A DNA stretch of 64,000 nucleotides from Blasia pusilla (Eukaryota): the NCBI GenBank assembly GCA_050084515.1, contig CM114271.1, positions 682,001-746,000 of the forward strand, read 5' to 3'. The notes under the pieces were generated by a model. The model was not told the DNA's origin and did no database searches. It worked only from the letters and a program-made list of their open reading frames with translations. The position numbers and the translations under genes are program-made. Positions 38,331 through 51,153 of the stretch are shown here, in pieces. Position 1 is the stretch's first letter. Each line of letters opens with the position of its first letter.

Positions 38331-38704
38331 AGAATATATTCACACCTCTTTTTTGTGACCATACCATGTCATGTGTTCACTTAAGAAAGAACCAAGCACA
38401 AGATTTGTATGGTCACCTCTAGGACTGTACCTGAGGATATTAGCATTTCATGTTAGTATGACGAAGGGGGTTTTTTAATTTAAAAAAGAGGCAAAAGGGC
38501 TTTTTTTAGGTCCCATTATAATATAGGATCCAAACAATTGGTAGGCTGGTACAAATAATTAAAAATATACTACATAGAGATCACTATCCCATGTTACAAT
38601 ATGTCATTTTCCTATTGGTCATAATAAATAAATAAATTATTAGGTATGCAATAACATCATTCATAAATAATTTTTTTAATATATAATTAATGGTAGTATA
38701 TAGA

Positions 38705-39110
38705 TGTGAGAAAACAGAAAGTGACGAAATCACTGAAATCTTTACAAAACTTAGAGATACAAAGTGGCCTAGTCCGTAAAATGCGCTCACGAGAAGAGCT
38801 TGATGGAACTGAATCGGGAGATAACTCGACGTACGAGAATCCGCTACCGTTGCGGCTCCCGACTATTTGACTACTCGGAAAAACTAGGGTTTTTACCTAT
38901 TTTTCTTTGTTTCTATTAATAAAAAAATTTTGCACCTTGATGCAATATAGGATTAGATAAACCTAGTAACTCTACTCTGTAAACCACCTATGTCATATTA
39001 CTATGACTCTTTCGACGTCTAAGTCGGAACCATCAATCTAGGCTTCTCCTCATACAAGGAGGCCTATCAGATTAATGGTGCTCAAAGGAGTGGATGTTGA
39101 GAATCCAACA
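38705..39110 (-). mobile_element. Solo LTR of the copia family at 11031-15972
   Basis: Reverse complement of the copia LTR, TG...CA termini, perfect 5-bp TSD ATAGA (38700-38704 / 39111-39115). Confidence 0.95.
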
Positions 39111-39279
39111 ATAGATACTTGAAGTTGGAAAACTTGTGAGTCCAATTTCTCTCATAATTATTTAAAAAACTATGAATCTTTGTCAAGTCGTGCATTCAAA
39201 CTTTAGGAATTGGTTTAACTTTTTTCATGGGAAAATATTGTTCCAAAGTGAAGCTAACAATAAATATTGGGAAATACCA

Positions 39280-40330
39280 AGTTTAAATCATAACTTGCAA
39301 TTTGAGCGACTTTCACAAGATCTAAATCATTCATTAAATTTAAATACAAACAAGAATATTCCTCTAAAACTTTCAAATCCATCTAATGGCGCAATGTGAT
39401 GTTACAAGTACATCCCTACTAGCAAATGGACTCAAGCAAATCAAAGGATGTTCCATGCGGGTTGAACCTCCAAAGCCCTCCAAAATTTTCTAGCACATGT
39501 ATGGGATGGTACTCAATATGTATGAGTTATTTCAGACCCATTAGATCTCCCATAAATGAAAAATGGATTGAATTTGATGATTTGTTTCTCCACCCCTAAA
39601 ATTCCAAAAGAAGGTATGAACTATTGAATTACCTAATAATGCAAACATACACAAATCATAAGGTTTCAACATAATCCAAGGATTAATTCTAAGGTGGTAC
39701 TAAAACTAAAAGAAATAAAATAACGATGCAATGCCCATTCTCAAGGTAAATCTTGGATACTTGAAGTTGAAAATCTGGTGAGTATCTAACTTCACTTCTA
39801 CTAAGTAAAAAGTTGTGAAATCCGGTCAAATTATGCATAGATGCATGGAGAGCCAGCTTATGTTTTTCATAGGAAAATATTACCCCGGAGTAAAGCCAAA
39901 AATCAGCAATGAGAAATGAAAATTTAAAATCATAACTTATATTTTGATCGACTTTCACAAGATTTAAACCATTCACTAAATTTAAACACAAGCAAGAAAA
40001 AAAAATCCTCTATAACTTTCAAATCAATCCAATGGTGGAATATGATGTTACAAGTACATCAAGGTAAAAAAATAGACTTAAGCAAGGGGAAGAATGTTCT
40101 ATTAGGGTTGAACCTCCAAAAGCCTCCAAACTTTTATAGCACATGTATTGGAGGATGTTTGACATGCATGAATTATTTAAGACACATTGGACCTCACGTT
40201 AATGAATTAAAAATAAAGGATAGATTTTTTTGATGATTTGTTTCTCCACCCTTAAAATTCTAAGAGAAGATCTGAAATGTTGAATGCCCTAATAATGCAA
40301 ATATTCAAAACTCCTCAAGGTCTTAGGGCA
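39280..40330. repeat. Diverged direct duplication (~39280-39660 vs ~39920-40330) upstream of the MULE transposase; an inverted partial copy lies at 44894-45010
   Basis: Shared blocks gactttcacaagat.taaa.cattca.taaatttaaa, gatgttacaagtacatc, gggttgaacctccaaagcc, tttgatgatttgtttctccacc. Confidence 0.7.
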
Positions 40331-43300
40331 ATCCAATGGTGAAATATTAGATGATGCTCAAAGGAAAATACATAAAGCCCTCTAAGAGAAGTATCACTTA
40401 ATTTCACTTATCTATCTCAATGCGAGATCGATGAGTGAAACCATTTTTAAGACCATTAGATTAATAAGAGCAACAGATTGTCTCGCCCAAGGTGATGTAA
40501 CAATTTGATTAAGGGCCAATTGCACAACAACTCGAGGTTAAGGGTTTGCAAGGATCACCGCGAGGGACAATTTTAACGGCAGACAAAAGTGTTGTAATTT
40601 TGAGAGAGCCATGTGTGATTCTGAAACTCATTAGAGAGAAAAAGAGAAATCTGGCGAAGCCCTTGAGAACAACAGTGTGAGTGTGCTTACTTTGTCACTT
40701 AGCGTCGAAAGGTAGGAAATTGTCACATCCCATTTTTTCGCACATTTCACTTTATACTATTTTGTTTTTTTCTTTATTCACTTTTGCTGATTTTTTTATG
40801 GATTTTATTTTTCCATGGTAGATGCATCAGGTTGAGAGTTGAAAGCAAGCCACTATTGCATTGCGCAACTAAGTGATTATAATAGTGAAAGGGTTATTAA
40901 AATCCATAATTGAAAAAACTATAATAATTATGCCTTAATAAAAGATTGCAAAAAAACTAAATATGATCTGATTAATTAAATAACAATAATAGCAAAGGGT
41001 CACTTTAAAGGCCTATGGTCGCACATGATGTATTATACCCTCTAGATGACATCCTTGAGCTTTCTTCTCCCTAGAAATTCTAACATGATCTCTTTCCCTT
41101 CCCTAATTTTTACACTCATCAAAGTGTCAAACTACACGTGTATAACTATTTTATCTTCTCGATTTACTATTTTGTCTTATTTCACTTGCCATGTTCAGAG
41201 AAATATTATGGTATTATGATTTATATTTTCTTAATTGAGACTTTGGAATGTAGTCTTTGATGTTTGGTACACATACTTTTTTCTATAAAAATCTACCATA
41301 ATACAAAAATGTTGCAAGTAATCAAAGATTAGAAAATATCTTGTCATCTAAAGTAAGTGTTAAACTGACTACGCATCCATAAACACAAGTTTTCAATATA
41401 ATCTTCATTTTGATTACATTAGACTCAAGACTATCTTTATGTGTATGTCAATTTTATGTTTTTCTCACTCTCAAAATTTTACAATAATTTGGCATATACT
41501 TGCCTACTCTCGTGTTTTCTCATGGAAAACTATTTGTCACTCTATTAAGAGTAGGAATGAGATGTTTGACTCATACCATAGTTGGAAATGAAAAACATCC
41601 AAAAAAAAATTGGTATACTTACAATGTTGTACAAAAGGAAATAAGTTAAGTTTTTTTTCAAAATTCCTTTTTATCCAATTTCTAACCATAATGATCAAAC
41701 GTAGAAAATGATATGATTCATAAAAAGATCTATAATTAATAAAAATATATGTAGTCAATTTTGATTTCCACAAGCAAGATAATTTGATAATTGATTGATT
41801 GATTAAAGGAAATGTTTCATCAATCATTCCATTGGCTTTCTGACTCAAAATAGGCTAAGAGAATCCAAAGGTTAATTCAATGGAACAATGAAACTTTCAA
41901 CGTTAAAAGTTCCATTATTCCTTGTTTGAGAATATTAAATAAAATATTAAAGAAGAAAAATCCCACATGCTTTCTTAAGAATGAGGCGTGGGATGCACCA
42001 GCTAAAATATATGAGTCTAGAAAATTATGAAATACACTCTATGTGTGTCAATAACTTATAACGAGGCAAGTTTTATATGTCTTCTTTTGTATGAATAAAT
42101 CATTGAATTGAATGGTTGGTTTTATCTTATTTGATTAAAAAAAACAAGGTTGTAATTCCTTTACATCTTCCTATACTCGTAATTTTTGTATCATAATCGC
42201 TATACTCACAGTTTGCCAGTAGCTAGCAAGTATTTTGCAAGTGTTCTATAAGTGTCCAAAAAATTGATCCGATAACTCGCGATTCATTCTCTTTTTTTTG
42301 AATAAGAAACTCAAATTTATGAGTTTTATACTTGCAACTTTGCAAGTTGTCCACATATGTATTATAAATGTACTACAAATATATTATGGCTCTCCACACT
42401 AAAAAAATTGCATCAAATTTTGTTATAAACCATATTACATCTATAATTGGTCTATAAATAGAGTTATATTGTATAAAAAATATAGGGAGCCAATGAATTA
42501 TTTAGACAGAACTGTGTCCTAAGGATTTGATGAGGTTGGATATAGCTACATTGTGTTGAGATTGATGTTTAAAAAGACATACATTTAAATAAATGGGCTT
42601 ATTTGCGAAAACTTCAAGTATTTAGAACTCATTAGTCACCATAAAATTGATAATGTCACTAACCTATTCACCTTCCATAAACTCCAAGAAAACATTAATA
42701 TGTTGGATGCATAGGTCCAAAGCAATACTATGATGATTTCCCTTTCGCAAGTTTGGGAGTTTATGAGTTATTCAAGCTTGAAACTTGACGTGCTAAGTGG
42801 AATATTTTTATTAGACTCACATCCACATGATGAAGTATCTAACATAGAGTCTCTAAAGAAAGATACAACCTTCTAGATATTGCAAGCTTTCAGTGTGGAT
42901 AAGTAGGCACCCTCACTTGATTTATCACAAGAATCGACACATCTAAAAAAATCACAAAGATCATGTACTTATAATTCTTGTAGGAAAATTTAGATTATTG
43001 CTTAATAGAGAACACAGTAGCTCATCAAAAATCTTCTCTGATAACCCTAGTGGCTTCTTTACAGAAGCAACGTGATCATCTTGTAGTCGATGATACCTAC
43101 TTTGTGTGGACTTTCCCTTGCAATGTGGGTCTTGTCATTTGTCTCAAACTACGCTTCCAACTTGGATCCATGATTAAAAATTGACTACTAAAGGAATATC
43201 CCTATGTAAGACCAGAGAATATATCTTACTGCTAATAGTTATCTAGAAAAAGTCCACATTAAAAAATATGTGATTAAGTTGAGTAAAGTACTTGGAAAGA

Positions 43301-43479
43301 CAAGATCCATATACACAAAAGAACTTAGAAACTAAGAGTCAATGTAATGCATGTCATGATTTAAACACGAAGATAGTGAAAAAGTCTAAGCTACTACTCC
43401 GCTCTCTATCCTTATCATATATGAAATCATGGTATGTTCCTTAAACTATCTCCTCTTCCTTTTTCACATTGTAATCCCT

Positions 43480-44100
43480 ATTTGCTATTACTATTTGTGT
43501 CTCCCATAGTTGAATTGCCCAACCAAAGTTCTAGCAAATATTACATCAATAAGTTGAGTAGGGCGATATTCACATTGATTCCTCTAGGTTCAATGTGATC
43601 ATTTATTCATTGTTCGTAACATTCCCCCATCACCTTTCTTGATCTAGCATGTTTTTTCATGGCAACTTTCCATCCAAGTTTCTCTTATGCGTCTGCGTAA
43701 AAAAAACAAGACTCGTATGGGGAAAACAAACGGATGTGAGTTCAAGGGTAGGCATCTCTGAAAATTAGCTAATATGAATCCTTTCTCATTATAAATCATG
43801 GTTGGTTCTCAAGAGCTCCATCTTAATTGAAGCCCTTTTCCTCTCATAGAGACAATGGTTGTTTTAAGATCTTATAATCCAATACTAATGTCAGAAAACT
43901 ATTGAGTTGGTATCATACATAGTTTGGAATAGAAAGATGAAGGCAACTCATGATTCAAATGTGGTGTAAGAACTTCCATCTTCAACCTTAAAAAGTGATT
44001 ACCATATGGTCTCATCTTCTGTTACAAGGTGTAAGATCGTGAATGTCATGGAGTTTTACCTCTATCCATCCTTGCTTCATCCCAAATCCATTCTAAACTT
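43480..44100 (-). mobile_element. Very degraded gypsy RT remnant
   Basis: Minus strand near 43640-43500 gives KKGDGGMLR...QLIDVIFARTLVG, resembling the start of gypsy RT. Weak. Confidence 0.3.
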
Positions 44101-44379
44101 GAGCACTGCAATCAAAATTCCTGAATCAAGTCTCAAAGACTCAATTGGGTACATTTGAAAGGTAGTCAAGAAGCCATCAAGCGATAATCTAGTAAAGTCT
44201 CCCAAAGTGCACATCCTCTTCCTAGGAATATTCTTCCTCAATCTCCAAAAGTCTCATGTATAATTTCTTGGAAAAACTTGATCTGATAATATCTTTTTAC
44301 GATTATCCAGTCAAAATACAAAACAAAATCCATTCAATTATCAATGGCCTCACTTATACTAGATTGCATCAATTATTTC

Positions 44380-44890
44380 TTTAGGATGTGTCTCAAACGA
44401 TGTTTTAGCTCAAACCTGAAACACAACCAAACATACATCACAGTTAATCCATTATTCATGGATTTGAGCAAGTAGGGAGGGAGATTGTCCCCCCTATGGA
44501 TTCTTCTAGGGTTCTCCATAAGAACCCCATCTCCTCCATTCTCCATCTTGGACCTATTATTTTGGCCCCCTACCCAAATGTGATTCACGACCCCTTTCCC
44601 AAGCTCTCTTCTCTGTAATCTATGCTCGTAGGTCACCTCCTTAGTTCTTGACCTGTTGTAGGAGGTCAAAGGCCACTTCCCAAAGTGGAAAGTCAATTAT
44701 ACCAAAAAAGACATTTACCAAAAATAGTAAGTTACTCAATATTGTTCCAAATGAGCCGAAATGAAAGGCAACCTCATCTCTGAAGTTTCCCGTGATCTGA
44801 ACAGATCATCCTCGATCTCCTAATCATGTCCTCCACGATCCTCGAAGGCGCTCTTCTAGATCTCGTCGATCTATTCTAAAATACATGACA
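44380..44890 (-). mobile_element. Partial LTR related to the DNMT/PHD gypsy LTR
   Basis: Starts TGTCATGTATTTTAGAATAGATCGACGAGATCTAGAAGAGCG, matching 55737 (tgacacgtcttttaggatagatcggtgagatctagaagagcg) and 17979. The 3' boundary is approximate. Confidence 0.7.
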
Positions 44891-45839
44891 GCTTGTAACA
44901 TCACATTGCACCATTAGATGGATTTGAAAGTTGTAGAAGAATATTCTTGTTTGTATTTCAATTTAATGAATGATTTTTTTCGTATCCACATGAAATGCTA
45001 ATATCCTCATGTGAATTATTTGTAACTTCTCAAGAATTGGAACGGAGATTATATTTAGTGACGAGTTGTATATTTATTAAATGGATGCTACTTCTCCTTA
45101 AGAAAAGAGAAGTGGAATTGTTACAAAGACCAAGAAGTTGTTTGGGAGGAAGGGATAACTATATTTACTAAAGGATTGCAACCCAAAGAAATAACTTTCA
45201 TGCATAGCTATGATAACTATACTATAATATGGGGGGGGTGTTATTTTTTTCCTTTTACTTATTCCCTCAAAGAAATGACACCTTTCCTGAAAGTGAAGAC
45301 CCTTTGAAAATAACAAGATTTGAGTGAATTTTGCATGACTTAAAAAAAAAGGGATTACTATAATGATATTTTTATGGATTTAAAATCTGAGTAAATGAGG
45401 TTATAAAATAAAAAACATGAACTTAATAATAATGGCGTCCAAAGTTCCTATCGAAACTTAGGACACCCTTATTGGGAGAATAGGGTGTCTCATAAACGTA
45501 TCTTTGGCTCGGACGTACAAAGCAATAATTCGGTAAATGGCCAAATTCCGTGCTTAGGTACGGGTACCGTCGGAGGTGGACGCTCACCTCCTACGGTCGG
45601 ACGTTGAAGACATATTTGCGTGTGCTTAAGTAGGAGGCCCTCCAAGTTACGGAATCTATCAATAAGAGGTTCCTCATACATAAATGGAAACCATCTTTAT
45701 TTTATGGTAAAGAGATTTAAGGACGTCCAAAAGTTTACGTACTCCAAATGAGAATAAAAATATTCATAACACCCTTTTCAATGAAAGGGGAGGCCAATAT
45801 CGTCTTTTAGTGCTAAGGAGTCACAACTCACGTGACAGT

Positions 45840-46445
45840 CGGCCTCTGTCCGAGATTCTGTCGCTCTTTCCGTCTGTCTGCTACGGGCGGTTTCACGCCC
45901 AACCACAACAAAGAGTGCGCCTTTGTTGTGGTTTGGTGATATCTCAGCCTTTAGATGCGAGGAATGCCGCTTTGCGTACTCGCCGCTTTGGCCGGGACCG
46001 TGTCGGTGTTCCCGTCCGTCTAAGACCACGCCTCTACCATGGTTTCGAATGAAGGACGTGTCACTGTGGATGAGATCCCGCTTTGCGTACACAGTAGTGC
46101 CCCTTTGTCCGGGACTGCGTCGGTGTTTCCGTCCCTCTAAGACTAGCGTGTGCCATAGACCACGCCTTTGTCGTGGTTTCGTACAATGGAAGAGTGACTT
46201 TGGATGGGATACCACTTTGCGTACTCGGTGGAAATTGTAGTGCCCCTTTGTCTGGGATTCTGTCGGTGTTTCCGTCGCGCTAATGCGAGCGGTGTTCCAA
46301 AGATGACAGCTTTAGAGTAGTTCCGTGTGACAGGAGGCAGAGTTGAATCGCTTCTTTGGATGCCAATGCCGAAGGTGTAGGTAGTACTGTAGTAGCTCCG
46401 TTCCCCTTTGTACGGGATTCGGTCGGTCTTCCCGTCTCTTTTCCA
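45840..46445. repeat. Degenerate GC-rich tandem array, ~110-160 bp x5
   Basis: Recurring core cccctttgtccgggact..gtcggtgtttccgtc with gctttgcgtact and gaccacgcct..tggtttcg, at about 45850, 45990, 46100, 46245 and 46405. Confidence 0.7.
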
Positions 46446-49400
46446 CGAGCATCCCGCCGTGAAGATTTGCCGTGGGATATCTCGTTTGAGCTTTCCCGAC
46501 GAGAATTTTCACTTCTAATTAATTCACGAAAATTAGTAAAATTTTATTTACTTTAATTTGTACAAGTTTGGATTGATGTGAGATTTAAGAGGATTTTTAT
46601 TTTCTTTACATTCATTTTCTGTTTTTATTTTCTATTGTTTTCCACTCATGTAACCTATCCATGTGTATTCCATTCTTCCTTTTTCGGGGTAAGTGTGATT
46701 TTGCAAGATTTTTTTTTTTTCTTTCCTTTTAGCACAAGGGGCCGAAAGGTTTTGTCATATTGGGAAAACGATATTGATAAAACAAGAGCCCTCCCATTTT
46801 ACATCTCCTTGAGTTTATATTTCCCTTACTACTTATGCTCATCTAGTGCCAACATTCTTTGTAAGGTAAGTCCATAAAACAATTTGAAGTAGGCATTTCT
46901 ATTTCCAAAAGGTTTTTTGAAAGTAAAACGAGGGTTATTTGTGATCAGTAAATATATCCCAAAGAAAATCTTCACGACGGTTTGTCGATGAGATCGGTTG
47001 ATTTGTTGCACCACGATACTTGTTGCTGCACAGCACACGTCTCAGTGAGAGAGTGTAGATTGAGTGCCGCATGTTTAGTTTGAGTGATTGAGGGATTACT
47101 TGCGAGATTGAGAGTGATCGTGTGAGAGGGGCACGAGGGTCATCACGGCGTCCTTTCACGATTTTAAGAGGCGAGACCCGAGAGTAGCTCTAGAGGGTTT
47201 ACCCGGAGTGGTGCGAGGTTTTTGAGGGTCTCCACGTGAGAGGCCACCTCGATCTCCTTCCGTGTCATCTTTAGACGAGGGGGAGAGTGTAGAGGAGTGT
47301 GTTAGTGATCCATCGTACACATTGAGTGGTCCTATCAATTTGGGCGTACGAGATGGACGACCGGGGTAGAGGATCGCGTAGGTTTTCGGATGCTGTAGGC
47401 ACCATAGAGCTACACGACTTCATTGCGGAGCTTAGGAGTTGGTGTGACTCACAACAAGCTAGGAACTCTAGAGAGTTAAACCCATTTACAACATGGAACG
47501 GCATGTTCCAGCATTTAGAGGGGGCGCCCATGGACGATTACCATGAGTTCTCCCACAGATATACCCAGGAGATTGAGGCATGACGACTCTACTATGACCC
47601 ACACTATGTATCATGGACGAAGCCGTTCCCAGATGAGGAGGAGGAGTCAGGAGAGGCTACTTCCTCTTCCACTAGTGATTTTTTAGGAGGGGCCACTCGC
47701 ATTGGAGCAGTTGCACCGTCTAGTCGGGTTCGTCCCACGTTCAATCCCGTGGTTGAGTTCTTTGTTGAGTTGAGGGCGAGCTACCAAGGGGTACGGACGG
47801 AGAAGTTGCGGAGGAGCCTCAGCATGGCGGAGGAGATGGTACTGCACCAGGAGGTTATCAGTGTGACTATTGTCAGAGGTATGGTCACACACTCGCCAGG
47901 TGTTTCAGTTTACATCTTGAGTTACGTCGGGACCGAGGGCCAGATAGGGCACCAGAGCGAGTAGCCTCTCCGAGTGGGCTAGAGATCGTGCACCAGGTGG
48001 TCCCGTTGGGGGACGAGGAGCTAGAGTTGATTGACAAGGTGGTAGAGCTGCATGTGGAGGACGTAGAGTCCCACCACCTAGACGCATCGAGGGAGACGCC
48101 GGGCGTGAGGCTGGGATGGTTGCTCAGATACAACAGCTACATGAGCAGATTGCTGCTATGGCATTGGGGTTACCCAATGTCGAATCCGTGGCATTGACAT
48201 CATATGGAGCAGGCAGAGATATGGAGGATCCTGGTTGGATGTGCAGGGTTGCCCACATGGAGGCCGCCGCAGTTGTGACGCGTGGAGCAGCCGCAGAGTT
48301 GGATCCACAGCGAGGGGAAGCCAGGACACAGACTAGGCTTCCTCAGTCTTTCACGTTGTCCAAGGCGATGAGGACCCCATCGATGGCTCCTGATAAGAGT
48401 TCTTGGAGAGTTGGTGAAGTTGTTGGTGTGCAGGCACGGAGAAGCAAATGCGACGACTCCTATTGCTGATGCTCAGGAGGGGCATGTATCGAGCACGTTA
48501 TTGGGGGTGGCCACCATTGTGTACCGCGTTCCTTTATTTTCCGCTTTCGATGTTATGACGTTGGGAGGTACACTCGTCGAGGTTTTTTGGCTGGCCGCTA
48601 CGCTATGTGAGCATAGAGTTGGAGTTCCTACATCACATTCAAAGGTGATTGCAGAGGAGGTGATGGACCTGCCCTTGGAGCGGATGCTCGGGCCATCCAC
48701 GTCAGATTCATGGCAGGCTGCGGCCGCTAGGATGGCAAAGATGCCCGCTAGACCCGAAATAGAGTGTGCCATGGCTTCTCCTAGTGTTGTGTTGCTGGAT
48801 AACCGAGGAGAGGTCTTCCAGTTGGTGAGTCCCGGAGGTAGAGCTTTTAGTCCACATCGCGTCTTGTTGGATTCAAGAGCGCAACCCCTGATGTTGGGGA
48901 AAGCGTTCTTCTAAGGATAAGGCTTGAAGAGAGCCGATGTGGAGCGTTGTCCATTCCACATACAGACATCCTTGGGTGGATCGAGTACCACACAGTATAT
49001 CACATGACAGGAGATCATAGTGAGGATTCGCCTAGGCATCCTACAGATAAATCCATGGTACGAGCCAAGGCGATAGTGACTGATGCAGAGTCCTATGACG
49101 TCTTGGTTGGTGGAGCAATGTTATACTCGATGGGGTTTTCCTTGGATTACTGGGAGGAGTCAGCGTCCTACAGACCAGGATGGAAATCAAGTGATGGGCG
49201 CCTTAGCTCATTACCCGTTCGATTCACAGGTGCAGTGATCGAGCGACGGCTAGGAGAGATGGCAAACTTAGCAGCATTTAGCAGTGCCATCACTTGGCCT
49301 AGTGATTTGATTGAGGGACATGTTCATGCAGAGGGTACTCCTGTTCGTGCCATTTCTATGGAGAGGAGTGTTATGGTAGCCGCATCAATCCGTGGAGGAG

Positions 49401-49582
49401 AGGTGCCGCTTTGGGGCTCGATTGAGGAGCTTTGACGCTTAGCCATTGAGCATGTGCGGACCGCGTGGATCGAGACGCTTGCACTAGAGTGTGACGGGTC
49501 AGAGGAAACCCAAGTAGGCAGGAGTGCTGCTATGACCCCTTTGGACACCACCCCGATTGTGTGGTGCATCCCAGAGGAGGGT

Positions 49583-50520
49583 ATTCGGGTGTTGGATCTC
49601 TTTGGAGGGATCAACATTGGGTTAGCTGCTGTTTTGCACGCTGGAGTGTGCGTGCAACACTACCTATATGTTGAGATTGATGATTTTGCGAGGCACGCTT
49701 CACTTCACCATGTGGAGCTTTTACGCCTCCGTTTTCATGGCTTGTTGTCTACGTACGCCATTCAGGGTTACTAGAGTTCTTACCAAGGGACATTTCATTG
49801 TTGGGGGCGTAGGACTTGGAGCGAGTAGGGACCATAGACTTGGTCATTGTTGGTTGGCCGTGTGAGGGCCAATCGAGTGATGGACGAGGTAGCGGGTTAG
49901 TTGACACTCGGTCCAAGTTTTTTTGGGAGATGATGCGAATCTTGCGACATTTACAGGAGCATCAGACTCGTTCTCCAACATACATTTTGGAGAATGTGCC
50001 AATTTTGGACGATCCGAGGTCCTGCGTGGTGACGAGTGCACATCAAGTGCGCGCATGGACCGGCTCGGCAGTGTTGTTAGGTGCGAAGAGTGTAGGTTCT
50101 AGAGCACACCGCCCGCATCTTTGGTGGACCAACTTGGTACCACATGAGGTGTTGCGGAGGGCTTATGCGGGAGTGGAGCGTCCCTCCAATTTGTTGGGGG
50201 ATTCTATATTGGATCCGGGCCGTCAATCATAGGCAGTGAGGCACGATGATCGACTGCCATTGATTGTGGTCAACAGGATTGGCATGCCACGAGCAACCTT
50301 TCCCACATTGGTAAGTTTTCCCTCTTCCTATCCATTCAAGGAGGCCGGACCAGGCTTGGTTTGGGATGACCAAGTACAGAGGTTGGTGGAGCCCAACGCC
50401 GATGAGCGAGGGCGAGCGATGGGATTCTCCATAGGAGTGATGACAGTATCATCACTATCGGAGGCATCACAACGTCATATCTTGGGTCAAGCGATGGACC
50501 TGAACTCTTTGACATGGATT
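49583..50520 (+). pseudogene. C5 cytosine DNA methyltransferase domain (DNMT3-like) embedded in gypsy pol
   Basis: Motifs in canonical order: I IRVLDLFGGINIG; II YVEIDD; III PRDIS; IV IDLVIVGWPCEGQS (PC at 49858-49863); V GLVDTRSKFF; VI YILENV (49981-49998); VIII SRAHRPHLWWTN; IX EPNADERGRAMGF; X RHILGQAMD. One frameshift (~49775) and three TAG stops. Confidence 0.9.
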
Positions 50521-50804
50521 TTCAGCTTAGGAGTAGATTAGCAGCGTCGTTTGAGGATGCGACAAATCACAATTGTTGCGTTGGTGAGCCCCATGCCTAC
50601 CAAGACAGTTGAGGCAATGGCTGGAGGCGAGACCCAAGGAGATGGACACACCAGGGATGATCGGAAGAGGCACTATTGGACTCCTTGGGATGTTGAGCAA
50701 GTACACCAGGAGATGATAGCCACATCATTGAGTGTGGTTTTGGGTACTACACATTGAGATGAGAGTTATATTTTGTGAGACGGGGTTGCACTGACATCCA
50801 TGCC

Positions 50805-51153
50805 GGAGAGTCCTACCGTAGTCACGATGGAGACTTGGGAGCCAGATATGAGCCCTAAGTTGACAAGAGGTGAGCGGCGTCGGATACACTAGTTCCTTAG
50901 GAGTTATAGGAGTTGTTTTGCATTTAGTATGTATGATTTGGGTATGCTGAAGGGTCCAGAGATCACCACCTAGCAACCACCGACATCCGCCTTGGAGAGT
51001 CCTACCGTAGTCACGATGGAGACTTGGAAGCCATATATGGGCCCTAAGTTGACACGAGATGAGCGGCGTCGGATACACTAGTTCATTAGGAGTCATAGGA
51101 TTTGTTTTGCATTTAGCATGCATGATTTGGGTACGCTGAAGGGTCCAGAGATC
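50805..51153 (+). repeat. In-frame tandem duplication (~190 bp period) just upstream of RT
   Basis: ggagagtcctaccgtagtcacgatggagacttgg...gctgaagggtccagagatc occurs twice (50805-50964, 50994-51153). Confidence 0.9.

Noticed and set aside
49583-50520. Host DNMT gene or bacterial restriction-modification contamination
   Set aside because: No introns or independent start; shares frames with protease and RT, and edge motifs recur at the same position in another copy.
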